Positions 1 to 9,672 of a DNA stretch of 64,000 nucleotides are shown piece after piece. A model generated the notes under the pieces. That model was not told the origin of the DNA. It saw only the letters and a program-made list of their open reading frames with translations, and made no database searches. The position numbers were made by a program, and so were the translations under genes. Location: contig JACPJP010000012.1 in assembly GCA_016187495.1 (NCBI GenBank), positions 81,150 through 145,149 of the forward strand. The letters run 5' to 3'. Position 1 is the stretch's first letter; each line of letters starts with the position of its first letter. The stretch is from Candidatus Woesearchaeota archaeon (lineage in GTDB: Archaea > Nanobdellota > Nanobdellia > Woesearchaeales > GW2011-AR4).

Positions 1-928
1 TCTTTATTATATATGGCTTCCTATTGTGCATTTTGTAATAAATCCTCATCATTATCTCTGCAAGAATTCCAAAGAAGATAAACTGGATGCCTAAGATGAG
101 AAGCAATACACTAAGTATAAGCATGGGCCTTTCTGACAGGCTTTCCCCGTAACTGAATTTCAATATTGTCAGGTACAAGCTAATGGCCATTCCCAGAAGG
201 AATGTTGCTATTCCCAAGCTGCCAAATAAGTGCAGGGGCCTTGTGGAGTATTTTGTCATGAAAGCCATAAACAGCAAATCCAAAGAGCCTTTAAGCAGCC
301 TTGCAGCCCCATATTTGGTTTTTCCATGTTTTCTTGGATTGTGCCGCACCTTAATCTCACCTATTCTTAGCCCCTCTAATGCTAATACTGCTGTTATGTA
401 TCTGTGCATTTCTCCGTACAAGTCAACATTGTCAAAGCATTCCTTTTTATAAATCTTTAGTGAGCATCCGGAATCGTGAATCTTTTCTTTTGTCATGGCT
501 TTCCTCAGGAAATTTGCGAATATTGAGAAGAATTTCTTTGAAAAGGAATCTTTGCGATTTGTGCGCCATCCTGAAATGGCATCGTAATTGCTGTTTTTTA
601 TGGCATTCAGCATTCTCGGAATATCAGAAGGGTCGTTTTGCAGGTCTGAGTCCATTGTAATTATATATTGCCCTTTCGCAGCTTTAATGCCAGCGTCCCA
701 TGCAGAAGTCTGACCAAAATTCCCTGCAAACTTTATGACCTTTACCCTTTTATCTTTTTGATGCAGCTTTGCAAGCAGATTATAGCTGTTGTCAGTGCTG
801 CCATCATCTATGAATATTATTTCATAGCTTATGTTCTCTTTTTTCAGGCTAGTGATGATTGATTTATGAAGTGTTTCTAAATTCTTCTCCTCATTCAGCA
901 CAGGTATTACTATTGATAATTCTGTCAT
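1..928 (-). CDS. Family-2 glycosyltransferase, polyprenol/dolichol-phosphate sugar synthase type (GtrB/DPM1/ArnC-like); C-terminus runs off the window
   Basis: Not in the ORF track (no stop inside the window). My reverse-strand translation from the ATG at 928-926 stays open to nt 1: MTELSIVIPVLNEEKNLETL..IFIDDGSTDNS..ITMDSDLQNDP. Two hydrophobic helices follow (LHLFGSLGIATFLLGMAISLYL, MLILSVLLLILGIQFIFFGIL). Track ORFs 183-452, 379-660 and 668-862 (+) are antisense shadows. Confidence 0.85.
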   Translation of the reverse strand, partial: MTELSIVIPVLNEEKNLETLHKSIITSLKKENISYEIIFIDDGSTDNSYNLLAKLHQKDKRVKVIKFAGNFGQTSAWDAGIKAAKGQYIITMDSDLQNDPSDIPRMLNAIKNSNYDAISGWRTNRKDSFSKKFFSIFANFLRKAMTKEKIHDSGCSLKIYKKECFDNVDLYGEMHRYITAVLALEGLRIGEIKVRHNPRKHGKTKYGAARLLKGSLDLLFMAFMTKYSTRPLHLFGSLGIATFLLGMAISLYLTILKFSYGESLSERPMLILSVLLLILGIQFIFFGILAEIMMRIYYKMHNRKPYIIK

Positions 929-980
929 TTTTATTATAATTGCAAATAATACTGCTTTATAAATCTTCAGGTAGACTCAG

Positions 981-2033
981 CTATATTTGAGCTTCTCTTG
1001 CCCATTCTACAAACCTTTTTATGCCGGTTTTAAGCTCTATTTTCGGCGCATAACCTAATTTTGCCTTTATCTTGTTTATATCTGGACACCTTCTTTTAGG
1101 GTCAGCGCTTGCATACGCATCTGTTGGCCCTGTTGTTTTTTCTATTTTTGTATCATCTCCAAACATTTCTGCCACGGTTTTTGCTAAATTTTCCGTTGAT
1201 ATTTCATTGCTGTCATTGCCAACGTTAAAAATTTCCCCGTTATATCCTGAGAGCAAAACCTTGAGGAAGCCGGTTATGCCATCAGTGACATAGCAGAATG
1301 TCCTTGTATGCTTTCCAGTGCCGTAGACTGGTATGGGCTTTTTCTGCAAGGCATGCGCCACAAAATTTGGTATTACGCGGTAGTCGTCCAATCTCATACC
1401 AGGACCGAATACATTGAAAGGCCTTACAATCTTTACGGGGATGTTATGCTCCTGGAAGTAGGCTATGCACATAGTTTCTCCTAATCTTTTTGATTCGTCA
1501 TAGTTCGATCTTGGACCAGTGCATGATACCCTGCCAACATACGTCTCTGGCGTTGGGACAAACCTTGGATCAGGATCTCCATAGACCTCACTTGAGCTGA
1601 AAAAAAGAACGCTTTCAGGCTTTTTTTCCTTTGCGAGCTCCAAGATATTTTTTGTGCCTAATGTAGCGACATCTATTGTCTCGATCTTGTATTTCCTGTA
1701 GAACTTCGGGGAGGCGATCCCTGCGGCGTGCATTATAAAATCTATTTTTTCGTTGACATCAAAGGAGTCTTTCACATTATGTTTAATGGCTTTGAAATTA
1801 GGCCCTTCTTTTGTCCGGTATTTTAACCCGGTTATAAAATTGTCAACAGAAATTATTCTGCAGGGCTTTTCCAAGACGTTTTTGTTTAAATAGTCTACAA
1901 CACTAATAAAATAATTTCCCAGGAAGCCTGCGCCGCCTGTTATGAGCAGGGTCTTTCCGCTTAGCCTTCTGCATTCTTTTTCTATATTTTTTGCAATGGC
2001 TTCAATGTCTTCCTCTATAATCTTATTGGTCAT
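981..2033 (-). CDS. Extended SDR NAD-dependent sugar epimerase/dehydratase (UDP-glucuronate decarboxylase / NDP-hexose 4,6-dehydratase family)
   Basis: 350 aa. Rossmann motif LITGGAGFLGNYF; catalytic Y-x-x-x-K as YDESKR; SSSEVYG block typical of this family. Confidence 0.85.
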   Translation of the reverse strand: MTNKIIEEDIEAIAKNIEKECRRLSGKTLLITGGAGFLGNYFISVVDYLNKNVLEKPCRIISVDNFITGLKYRTKEGPNFKAIKHNVKDSFDVNEKIDFIMHAAGIASPKFYRKYKIETIDVATLGTKNILELAKEKKPESVLFFSSSEVYGDPDPRFVPTPETYVGRVSCTGPRSNYDESKRLGETMCIAYFQEHNIPVKIVRPFNVFGPGMRLDDYRVIPNFVAHALQKKPIPVYGTGKHTRTFCYVTDGITGFLKVLLSGYNGEIFNVGNDSNEISTENLAKTVAEMFGDDTKIEKTTGPTDAYASADPKRRCPDINKIKAKLGYAPKIELKTGIKRFVEWAREAQI

Positions 2034-2036
2034 TTC

Positions 2037-2420
2037 TCAAATCAGTTCGTATTTTATTGTATGCTCTTTGTAGTTTTTGCTGTCGCGCCTTCCTGTTGTT
2101 AGATTAAGCATGACAGAATCTTCCAGGACGTTCCAGGCATGCGCAATCATAGGGGGAGTAATAACCAAATGCCCTGGCTTTATTATTTGCCTCTCAATCT
2201 TCGTGTTTTTATTTTTTAGGTCTTTTGACACGCTTTCATAGCTGCCGCTGATAAGATAAACATACTGAGATTGGTCAGGATGGTAATGGTTTGCCCTTAT
2301 TGCGCCCTTTTTTGAGGTTATTATAGCTACATGGGTTATAGGCTCTTCCAGTATGTTGCTTATTGCGCCGCGCTCGTCCTCAAAAGCAGGCTCAATTTTC
2401 TTAATTATTTCATTAGGCAA
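2037..2420 (-). CDS. Small cupin-fold sugar-nucleotide isomerase/epimerase-like protein
   Basis: 127 aa. Cupin signature ..GAIRANHYHPDQSQYVYLISGSYE.. and PPMIAHAW. Lies 3 nt downstream of the C-methyltransferase gene and 3 nt upstream of the SDR gene. Confidence 0.65.
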   Translation of the reverse strand: MPNEIIKKIEPAFEDERGAISNILEEPITHVAIITSKKGAIRANHYHPDQSQYVYLISGSYESVSKDLKNKNTKIERQIIKPGHLVITPPMIAHAWNVLEDSVMLNLTTGRRDSKNYKEHTIKYELI

Positions 2421-2478
2421 ATTTTACACCTCAATATCTGATGTTCGGGACAACAGGCACTATTATAAATCTTTCTTT

Positions 2479-3714
2479 TTATACTATTTTGGGCTCTGGC
2501 AATGGTATGATAAATTTTACGCCCTGATCAGCGTATTTTTTCGTCTTCTCCAGTATTTCCTTTGCAAAGTTCCATGCAAGTATTAATATGTAATCAGGCA
2601 TTTCCTCGTCAAGCATTTTAGAACTTACAACTGGAATGCGGGTTCCAGGGGTGTATAATCCTATTTTTAGCTCATTGTCCTCAACAACGTATTCTATGCA
2701 ATCCGCGCCTATGCTGCAGAAGTTAAGCAACGTGTTGCCTTTTGCAGGCGCTCCATAAGCTGCTATTGTTTTGCCCCGCTTTTTTATGTCCTTGATGTAT
2801 GACACAAGATTTTCTTTGACTGAATAAACATTGTCTGCGAATTTTTTGTAAAGATCTATGCTTTCCACACCCATTTTTTTTTCATAATCTAAAAGTTTAT
2901 TGATGCTGCCCTTTATTTTGCGCTTGTCTTCCGCCCTTTTTATGAATACCCTTAACGAGCCTCCATGGGAATCCACCCTTTTAACATCGAACACTTCCAT
3001 ACTATGCTTTTTAAAAAAATTAGCCAATGATGTTAATGTGTAATAATAAAGATGCTCGTGGTAGATGTTGTCAAAATTCATCTTTTCAATAGTGTCCATT
3101 AAGTATTGCACCTCTATCACGAAAATGCCGTCTTTTTTTAACAGCGCTTTTACATTTTCTACCATGCTGTTTATGTCGCTTATGTGGGCAAATACATTTG
3201 TTGCTGTTATGACATCGGCATTGCCTTTTTTCTCAATAATCTCCTTTACTACGCTCCCGCTAAAGAAATCATTTATAGTCTCAATTCCATTCTGCTCTGC
3301 TATTTTTGCTATATTTGCAGCTGGCTCGATACCTATTGTTTGCATGCCAATTTCTTTGAAAGGCTTCAATAGAATGCCATCATTAGAACCAATGTCAACT
3401 GCCAAGGAATTTTTATCCAATCCAAATTCTTTTGCTATTTCCTCTGCCATTTTTCTGAAATGCTGCTGGAAAGTTTTTGTAGTTGAGCTTACATAGACAT
3501 AATTCCTGAACATTATTTCAGGATCAACAACATAGCTTAATTGAACAAGCTTGCATTTATTGCAAAAGCATGCTTCTAATGGGAAGGTTTTTTCTTCCTT
3601 ATCCATACCTTCTTTTGAAAGAAAGCTGTTAGCCAATGGCATGCTGCCTAATGAAAGAAATTTTATTAAGCTGCTTCTGCAGATTCTGCATTCCATCATA
3701 ATTGGGATAAGCAC
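2479..3714 (-). CDS. NDP-hexose C-methyltransferase-type class I SAM methyltransferase (N-terminal Cys4 zinc ribbon + MTase + C-terminal C-methyltransferase domain)
   Basis: 411 aa. CRICRSS..CNKCKLVQL zinc-ribbon pattern; SAM motif AVDIGSNDG; C-terminal ..GAPAKGNTLLNF.. block typical of TylC3-like sugar C-methyltransferases. The start may be one of the internal Met at aa 5-7. Confidence 0.75.
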   Translation of the reverse strand: MLIPIMMECRICRSSLIKFLSLGSMPLANSFLSKEGMDKEEKTFPLEACFCNKCKLVQLSYVVDPEIMFRNYVYVSSTTKTFQQHFRKMAEEIAKEFGLDKNSLAVDIGSNDGILLKPFKEIGMQTIGIEPAANIAKIAEQNGIETINDFFSGSVVKEIIEKKGNADVITATNVFAHISDINSMVENVKALLKKDGIFVIEVQYLMDTIEKMNFDNIYHEHLYYYTLTSLANFFKKHSMEVFDVKRVDSHGGSLRVFIKRAEDKRKIKGSINKLLDYEKKMGVESIDLYKKFADNVYSVKENLVSYIKDIKKRGKTIAAYGAPAKGNTLLNFCSIGADCIEYVVEDNELKIGLYTPGTRIPVVSSKMLDEEMPDYILILAWNFAKEILEKTKKYADQGVKFIIPLPEPKIV

Positions 3715-3718
3715 ATAA

Positions 3719-3726
3719 TTTATAAA
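3719..3726 (+). promoter_or_regulatory. TATA-like box (TTTATAAA) upstream of the oxidoreductase gene
   Basis: TTTATAAA sits 45 nt upstream of the GTG start at 3771. A GAGGA Shine-Dalgarno-like motif lies in between. Confidence 0.3.
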
Positions 3727-3770
3727 TCATTCGAAGAAACTATCAATGACCTTGAAATGAGGATAAGAAT

Positions 3771-4769
3771 GTGGGGATAAATATTGGGATTATAGGCATT
3801 GGAAGGTTTGGGCTTAATTACCTTAATACCTTTAACCAGTTAGATAATCCTAAAGTTTCATGGATTTGTTCCAGAAGCAAAAACAATTTAGACAAGGCAA
3901 AAAATGAGCTAGATTCAAGCGTAAAGTCAACTGTGGATTATAAAGACATTTTTATGGATAAGGATGTTGATGCAGTAGCTATTACGACACCTGCTATAAC
4001 CCACTATAAGATTGCCAAAGAGGCATTGCTGGCAGGAAAGCATGTTATTATTGAAAAGCCTGTGACTACCTCTTCAAAAGAGTGTTATGATCTTATGAAT
4101 ATATCCAAAAGGAAGAATAAGGTTTTCATGGCAGCGCATATCCATAGATACAATCCAGGAATACAAAAGCTGAAAGAGGATATAGATTCCGGGAAATTTG
4201 GAAAGATAAACTTCATCCATTACACTCATCTTGGCAACGGCCCTGTAAGGACTGACATCAATGCATTATGGGACTTTTTCCCGCATACATTGACGATATG
4301 CAATTACATTTTTGACGAAATCCCAGCAAGCGTGAGCGCAAACGGCGCATGCTTTTTGCGGGATAAGCTTCATGACATTGTTTCTGTGAACTTAAAATAT
4401 AAGAATGGCGCTTACGTCACTGCAACTGGAAGCTGGTTGTACCCTTTCAAAAGAATGGACCTTGTTGTTTCAGGAGAAAAATTATTCGCGGCATTTGACG
4501 ATTATGCAAAGAAAGAAAAGCTGAAATATTATAATAATCTACTCATGATGAGGAATGGAAAACCAACAATTAAAGATAAAGGATATATATCTCCGAATAT
4601 TGATGAGACAAAACCATTAACTTTGGAACTGAAGCATTTTTTGGAGTGCATAACGAATAATCAAGAGCCATTAACAGGCGGAAAAGAAGCATTGAAGGTG
4701 ATTAAAATTCTGGAATATGCCCAAAAATCTTTGGACAAACATGGCAAGGAAGAAGAGGTAAGGCTATGA
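3771..4769 (+). CDS. Gfo/Idh/MocA-family NAD(P)-dependent sugar oxidoreductase
   Basis: 332 aa. N-terminal Rossmann [10 protein letters not shown]; HVIIEKPV (EKP motif) characteristic of the family. GTG start. Confidence 0.8.
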   Translation: MGINIGIIGIGRFGLNYLNTFNQLDNPKVSWICSRSKNNLDKAKNELDSSVKSTVDYKDIFMDKDVDAVAITTPAITHYKIAKEALLAGKHVIIEKPVTTSSKECYDLMNISKRKNKVFMAAHIHRYNPGIQKLKEDIDSGKFGKINFIHYTHLGNGPVRTDINALWDFFPHTLTICNYIFDEIPASVSANGACFLRDKLHDIVSVNLKYKNGAYVTATGSWLYPFKRMDLVVSGEKLFAAFDDYAKKEKLKYYNNLLMMRNGKPTIKDKGYISPNIDETKPLTLELKHFLECITNNQEPLTGGKEALKVIKILEYAQKSLDKHGKEEEVRL

Positions 4770-5464
4770 AACTCTCTATTATAATCCCGGTGTATAACGA
4801 ATCAAAGACCATAAAAGAGCTTTTGAGAAGGATAAATAAGGTTGATTTGGGAAAGATTAAGAAGGAAATAATCCTTGTGGATGATTTTTCAACTGACGGC
4901 TCAAGGAAGGCTATTGAAAAGCTGGATAAGAAGTACATTAAGGCATTCCAGCCCAAAAATATGGGCAAAGGGGCTGCTTTGAAAGCAGGAATCAAAATTT
5001 CTTCAGGAGACTTTATTATTTTCCAGGATGCTGATTTAGAATACGACCCTAATGATTACAATAATCTGCTGAAGCCAATTCTAGGAAAAAAGACAAATGT
5101 GGTATTTGGATCAAGATTTGTAGGGGAGAAACTGGTAATCTTTGGAAAGGGCAGGACAATGCACACCTCACATTGGTTTGGCAATAAGTTTTTGACCTTT
5201 GCATTCAACCTTCTTTACGGGACTAAATTAACAGATGTAGAGCCGTGCTATAAGCTGTTTAGGAGCCATATTCTCAAGAGCATAGATGTGAAAACAAACA
5301 GGTTCGAGTATGACATAGAGCTTATGTGCAAGCTGGTCAAGAAAGGGCATAAAATAGCGCAGCTTCCTATAAAATACAGCCCAAGGAGATTTGAGGAAGG
5401 CAAGAAGATAAACTGGAAAGATGGGGTTGTTGCGTTGCTTACCATGATAAGGAACAGGGTTTAG
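4766..5464 (+). CDS. Family-2 glycosyltransferase (dolichol/polyprenol-phosphate sugar synthase-like)
   Basis: 232 aa. [29 protein letters not shown] (DxD). 4-nt overlap with the upstream gene. Confidence 0.9.
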   Translation: MKLSIIIPVYNESKTIKELLRRINKVDLGKIKKEIILVDDFSTDGSRKAIEKLDKKYIKAFQPKNMGKGAALKAGIKISSGDFIIFQDADLEYDPNDYNNLLKPILGKKTNVVFGSRFVGEKLVIFGKGRTMHTSHWFGNKFLTFAFNLLYGTKLTDVEPCYKLFRSHILKSIDVKTNRFEYDIELMCKLVKKGHKIAQLPIKYSPRRFEEGKKINWKDGVVALLTMIRNRV

Positions 5465-6969
5465 GAAATCCTGTAAACTTTTGTTCCTGTTTTTTGGTTT
5501 TCATAAACTATTCCTATCTTTTTATTGTTCAATTCATTTATTATGTCGTTATTTAATTTAGCCCTGTTGTCCAGCCTGAATTTTTGGTTTACAAAGATAT
5601 AATCCGCTTTTTCTATATTCTCCTTAATGGGGCTTACTGTCTGCCTTTCTATGTTGTACGAGATGCACTGGCTCCCTGTCATGAATATGGCATTTTTTGC
5701 TGTATTGGACTTTGCCCATTTAAAATCATCATTGTAGGAATTCCATGAGGCTGCAGCTATGCTTATTTTTGCGAATGATGTAGATATAAATCCGGCAATA
5801 ATTAATAGTATAAGCATAATGAGCAACTTCCTTATTTTCCCGTGCTTTATTCTTTCCAGCCCATGGGCCCATATTAATGCTACTGCCGGGACCGCAGGCA
5901 ACATGAACCTTGTTACGGACCAGCTGGAGTTTATTACATAGAGTAATACCAATATTATATATGAACCAATCCAGACGTACAGCAGATTTTTATGATTTAG
6001 TTTTTTTGATGCAACACCCGTAACTAAAGGAATGAAGAAAATAAAAGTGCTCAGAAGCCAAATTCCGAATAAAATATTTAAGTAAGGCAGCTGCAGGAAT
6101 GACAACGTGCTTATGTTTCCATCTGGAACTCCAAAAATTCCCAAATAAAATGCTGCCAGGCCGCTGAGGCTGAAAATGTTTGAGGGATTTATTGCCCCTA
6201 CCCCGGCTTCTGCAAAAGTTTTGGCCTCATAGCCGTTAAAGATTGTGTTCATAAAAGGCCATACGGGATTTCCCAAGTAAATCCAGTTCCTTATGAACCA
6301 AATGGAGCCTATCAATGTAGGCAAAATGGAAATGATTAATATATTTTTCAATAAATATTTCTTTCCATTATAGTTTTTGAATATTATGAACAATAAAACT
6401 GGCAATATGAAAAAGCCGTTGTATTTTGTCAGTATTGTCAATCCAGCTGCTATTGCCGAGAGAATTATCCTGTTTTTTAATGCAAGATACACGCTTAGTG
6501 CTGCAAGAAATGTTATTGTTCCGTCTACATAGCTGAATACGCTATAATCTATGCTTAATGGTATAAACGTGAAGAAGAGCAAGGCATAGAATGCTGTCTT
6601 TTTGTCAAACAATATCTTTGAGATAAGGAAAAATGTTATGAGGGTTAAAGAGCCAAGTAATGGGGTAATCATCTTGATTGCAAATCCCGCAATCTCTTTG
6701 CCAAAAGCTGAAAATATCTTGTATACTAATGCCGTAAGAATATGGAAGAAAGGAGGCGCCCAGAAAGGCTCGTCCCTCCCAAAGAACTCGAACAGAGGAA
6801 AGCGGTTGTTTTCTGCTAGGTATATAGCATTTGAGAACTGCCAGCACGCATCTCCCGAGGCATGGTGCACAGATGCCAAAGAAAATCTCAATAATATTCC
6901 AAGAATTATTACAATTAAAGCATACTTTTCATATTTTTCCATTCTTCTGAATTTATCCAATAAGCTCAT
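5461..6969 (-). CDS. Polytopic GT-C glycosyltransferase, ArnT/PMT (GT39/GT83)-like
   Basis: 502 aa with more than 10 predicted TM helices. First-loop acidic motif [16 protein letters not shown]-terminal soluble domain. Confidence 0.65.
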   Translation of the reverse strand: MSLLDKFRRMEKYEKYALIVIILGILLRFSLASVHHASGDACWQFSNAIYLAENNRFPLFEFFGRDEPFWAPPFFHILTALVYKIFSAFGKEIAGFAIKMITPLLGSLTLITFFLISKILFDKKTAFYALLFFTFIPLSIDYSVFSYVDGTITFLAALSVYLALKNRIILSAIAAGLTILTKYNGFFILPVLLFIIFKNYNGKKYLLKNILIISILPTLIGSIWFIRNWIYLGNPVWPFMNTIFNGYEAKTFAEAGVGAINPSNIFSLSGLAAFYLGIFGVPDGNISTLSFLQLPYLNILFGIWLLSTFIFFIPLVTGVASKKLNHKNLLYVWIGSYIILVLLYVINSSWSVTRFMLPAVPAVALIWAHGLERIKHGKIRKLLIMLILLIIAGFISTSFAKISIAAASWNSYNDDFKWAKSNTAKNAIFMTGSQCISYNIERQTVSPIKENIEKADYIFVNQKFRLDNRAKLNNDIINELNNKKIGIVYENQKTGTKVYRIS

Positions 6970-7973
6970 TTTTTAAGAATCTTAATTACAGCATCGGCAA
7001 ATTTATCTATACTGCCCTTTTCAACTAAAATCCCGTTTTTTACAATTTCAGGATGCGAGCCTATATTAAAAGCAACGACTTTTTTTCCGCAAGCCTGCGC
7101 TTCCGCTGCCGGCAGATTAAACCCTTCCCATAATGATGCTGTAACATAAACATTGCAGGCTGCGTAGTAGCTTGGAAGGTCTTTATCATCAACAAAACCT
7201 GTAAATATGATGCCTTTATCTGCTGATTTTTTTATTTTTTTAAAATAATCATTAAAAGTAGGCTTTCCTGCAATGATAAGAGCAGCATTTGGAATCTCTT
7301 TTTTTACATTACTGAACATTTTTAATAATAAATGAACGCCCTTATGGGGGGCAATCCTTCCTACATACAACAAGACATTTTTATTTTTCAGATTGTATTT
7401 TTTTATGATTTTGTAGCTTTTTATTTTTTTATTGAACCTCTTTAGGTCTATTTTGTTGTAAGCGACTCTGCTTTTTATCTTTGATTCTTTTTCCAAAGTT
7501 TCGCTTAAATACTTGCTTACAGAATAGGCTTCATCAATGTTCTTTAGTGATATATTATTGAAAAAAAGGAAGAGCTTCATATACAATTTTTGCATAAAGC
7601 TGTCTAAAAGCCCCGTTGTGTTAATGCCATGGTCCCAGTAAATGTATTTTATGCCAAATTTCTTTTTTGCCTTATAAGCGAGCCAGTTCATCGGGTAAAA
7701 ATGGCTTATCACAATATCATAATTTTTCAGATTTTTATAATAACCCATTTTTTTGTTATCCAAGAAAAAAAATAACCTGTACAGCCTTTGCAATGCCTGG
7801 TTTTTTGGCATTCCCATGGATGCGACTTTATAGTTTCTTGGCTTTATATCTGCTTCCAATGCAATAACCGCAACTTTATTTCCTTTTTTTGCATACTCTT
7901 CTGCCTGCTGTTCAACAACACGGTCTATGCCGCTGTAATAATTAAATGTTGGGGTTAAAATTGCTATTTTCAT
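6966..7973 (-). CDS. GT-B glycosyltransferase, family 4 (Glycos_transf_1)
   Basis: 335 aa. C-terminal signature SLWEGFNLPAAEAQACGKKVVAFNIGSHPEIV (E-x7-E type). Confidence 0.85.
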   Translation of the reverse strand: MKIAILTPTFNYYSGIDRVVEQQAEEYAKKGNKVAVIALEADIKPRNYKVASMGMPKNQALQRLYRLFFFLDNKKMGYYKNLKNYDIVISHFYPMNWLAYKAKKKFGIKYIYWDHGINTTGLLDSFMQKLYMKLFLFFNNISLKNIDEAYSVSKYLSETLEKESKIKSRVAYNKIDLKRFNKKIKSYKIIKKYNLKNKNVLLYVGRIAPHKGVHLLLKMFSNVKKEIPNAALIIAGKPTFNDYFKKIKKSADKGIIFTGFVDDKDLPSYYAACNVYVTASLWEGFNLPAAEAQACGKKVVAFNIGSHPEIVKNGILVEKGSIDKFADAVIKILKK

Positions 7974-7975
7974 TT

Positions 7976-8254
7976 TTACTCCATTTTCAAAAATTCTTCA
8001 ATATACCTCATTATTGTTTCTTTCATTTCAACATTAATTGAAACTTGCTCCCCATAACTTGTTCTTTTCAGGTGCAGAATGCCTTCTCTGATTAAGTCTT
8101 CTGGCATTTCCTTTGCTCTTCCCTTCATTTCGGGTGGAAAACTTTTTGCTAGATTTTCTATAGCGGTATGGCTATGCTCGAATTTCCCCTTGCGTGTCAA
8201 TTTATGCAATATTTTTCCTTTGATTTGTGAACCCGTCCACATAAATAAGTCCAC
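7976..8254 (-). CDS. Hypothetical 92-aa protein, possibly winged-helix-like
   Basis: First gene of the minus-strand operon, 2 nt from the GT4 gene. The pattern ..LIREGILHLKRTSYGEQVSINVEMKETIMRYI.. resembles a winged-helix wing. No family recognised. Confidence 0.4.
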   Translation of the reverse strand: MDLFMWTGSQIKGKILHKLTRKGKFEHSHTAIENLAKSFPPEMKGRAKEMPEDLIREGILHLKRTSYGEQVSINVEMKETIMRYIEEFLKME

Positions 8255-8278
8255 CGAAATAGACTTTGAGCAGTAACA

Positions 8279-8286
8279 TTTATATA
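8279..8286 (+). promoter_or_regulatory. TATA box (TTTATATA) for a probably leaderless wHTH regulator transcript
   Basis: TTTATATA ends 25 nt before the ATG at 8311, the classical archaeal TATA-to-TSS spacing. No Shine-Dalgarno motif. Confidence 0.4.
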
Positions 8287-8310
8287 CTTTTCCATCACTA
8301 AACGATTACA

Positions 8311-8628
8311 ATGGAGGAAAAATCATTATTAATAAACCTAACGGGCGATATGCCTATGTTCAAGATAATTGATTTTCTATTGGGCAATAAAGGAATGGAC
8401 TTCAGCAAGACAGAAATTGCAAGGGGAGCTAAAATTTCTAGAGCATCATTATTCAATTACTGGTCAGAATTGGAAAAGCATGGCATTGTGAGAGCAACCA
8501 GAAGTTTTGGCAAGACAAGATTGTACACATTAAACAGCAAGAATCCAGTAACACAGAAAATTATTGAATTAGAAAAAACATTGATTGCAGAAGCTTTGGA
8601 AAAAACAAATCCCTGCTTTTCTTACTAA
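8311..8628 (+). CDS. Winged helix-turn-helix DNA-binding protein (MarR/ArsR-like)
   Basis: 105 aa. ..FSKTEIARGAKISRASLFNYWSELEKHGIVRATRSFGKTRLYTLN.. gives the HTH plus wing pattern. Confidence 0.6.
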   Translation: MEEKSLLINLTGDMPMFKIIDFLLGNKGMDFSKTEIARGAKISRASLFNYWSELEKHGIVRATRSFGKTRLYTLNSKNPVTQKIIELEKTLIAEALEKTNPCFSY

Positions 8629-8635
8629 ACCTTAT

Positions 8636-9352
8636 TCAAACCTTACCAGCTGAATGCTGCATTTTCAGCTTCAAGACCATAAAATACCCGTTAGCAAGCT
8701 GCTTTAACCCTAATTTTGACTTTCCTTTGGTTCTGTTTACAAATGTTATTGGTATCTCTTTGATTTTAAATTTGTTCAGATGGGCCTTGAATAATATTTC
8801 CTGAACAATAGAAGGACCTTTTGACTCTAGTTTTTCTAGTTTTATTTTTTCAAGAACTTTTCTTTTGAAGCACCTGAAGCCGGAATTGCAGTCTTTTACC
8901 TTTATTCCGAGCATTAAGGTTATGTACCAATTTGCTCCCAAAGTTATAAATTGCCTTATTAGGCCGCGGCCAACTTCCTTGCTGCCCTTTAATCTCCTTG
9001 AGCCAAGGACTAAATCAGCATCTTTTAATCCTACAATTAGGGCAGGAATGTATTTTGGGTCATGGGACATGTCAGCATCCATCTCAACAACAACATCTGC
9101 GCCATGCTTTAGGCAGTAAATAAAGCCGTCTCTGCCAGCTGAGCCGCGGCCTTTGTCTTTTTTTCTTAACAATAAATGAATGTTTTTCTTCTTTTTAGCA
9201 ATATCTTTTACAATTTTCCATGTACCATCGGGGCTGTCGTCATCCACTACGACAATATGGATATTTTTTATCTTTAAGATTAGGATTTTGTTTATTAAAA
9301 TAGCAATGTTTTCTTTTTCATTGTAGGTTGGGATCATTACGAAGGGTTTCAT
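8636..9352 (-). CDS. Family-2 glycosyltransferase, dolichol-phosphate mannose/glucose synthase (DPM1)-like
   Basis: 238 aa. VMIPTYNEKENI..VVDDDSPDGT..EMDADMSHDP. Soluble DPM1-type architecture. Confidence 0.9.
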   Translation of the reverse strand: MKPFVMIPTYNEKENIAILINKILILKIKNIHIVVVDDDSPDGTWKIVKDIAKKKKNIHLLLRKKDKGRGSAGRDGFIYCLKHGADVVVEMDADMSHDPKYIPALIVGLKDADLVLGSRRLKGSKEVGRGLIRQFITLGANWYITLMLGIKVKDCNSGFRCFKRKVLEKIKLEKLESKGPSIVQEILFKAHLNKFKIKEIPITFVNRTKGKSKLGLKQLANGYFMVLKLKMQHSAGKV

Positions 9353-9618
9353 TTTACTAATAGTATCACCTAATTATTTAAAAATATGCTTTTATGGACA
9401 ATTTTAAGTTAAGTGTCAAAACTGCTAAATAGCTTTTTTCTCAAAAAATATTTGAACGGCAACAAAAGAAGCAAAGTAGCCAGATTGTCATCCAGAGGAA
9501 AAAATGTTAGTACAAACAGATAATAATCAGAAGAAGGCCAACTCAACAGAGTTGACTTAAAGCACCACGGTTCCTAAGAAAATTGCTGTTATGATTAAAA
9601 AGTAGCTAAAAGTAAAAA

Positions 9619-9626
9619 TTTATATA
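9619..9626 (+). promoter_or_regulatory. TATA box (TTTATATA) upstream of the giant surface-protein gene
   Basis: AAAATTTATATATC. The GGGGTGG Shine-Dalgarno-like motif at 9655-9661 precedes the ATG at 9673. Confidence 0.35.
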
Positions 9627-9672
9627 TCAAATAGAAATTTAAGTGTGAACCTTGGGGTGGAAATTAAATAAA

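Noticed and set aside
183-862. Three + strand track ORFs (89, 93 and 64 aa).
   Set aside because: They lie antisense to a continuous, motif-rich GT2 reading frame on the minus strand (1-928). Their sequences are low-complexity with no recognisable motifs.
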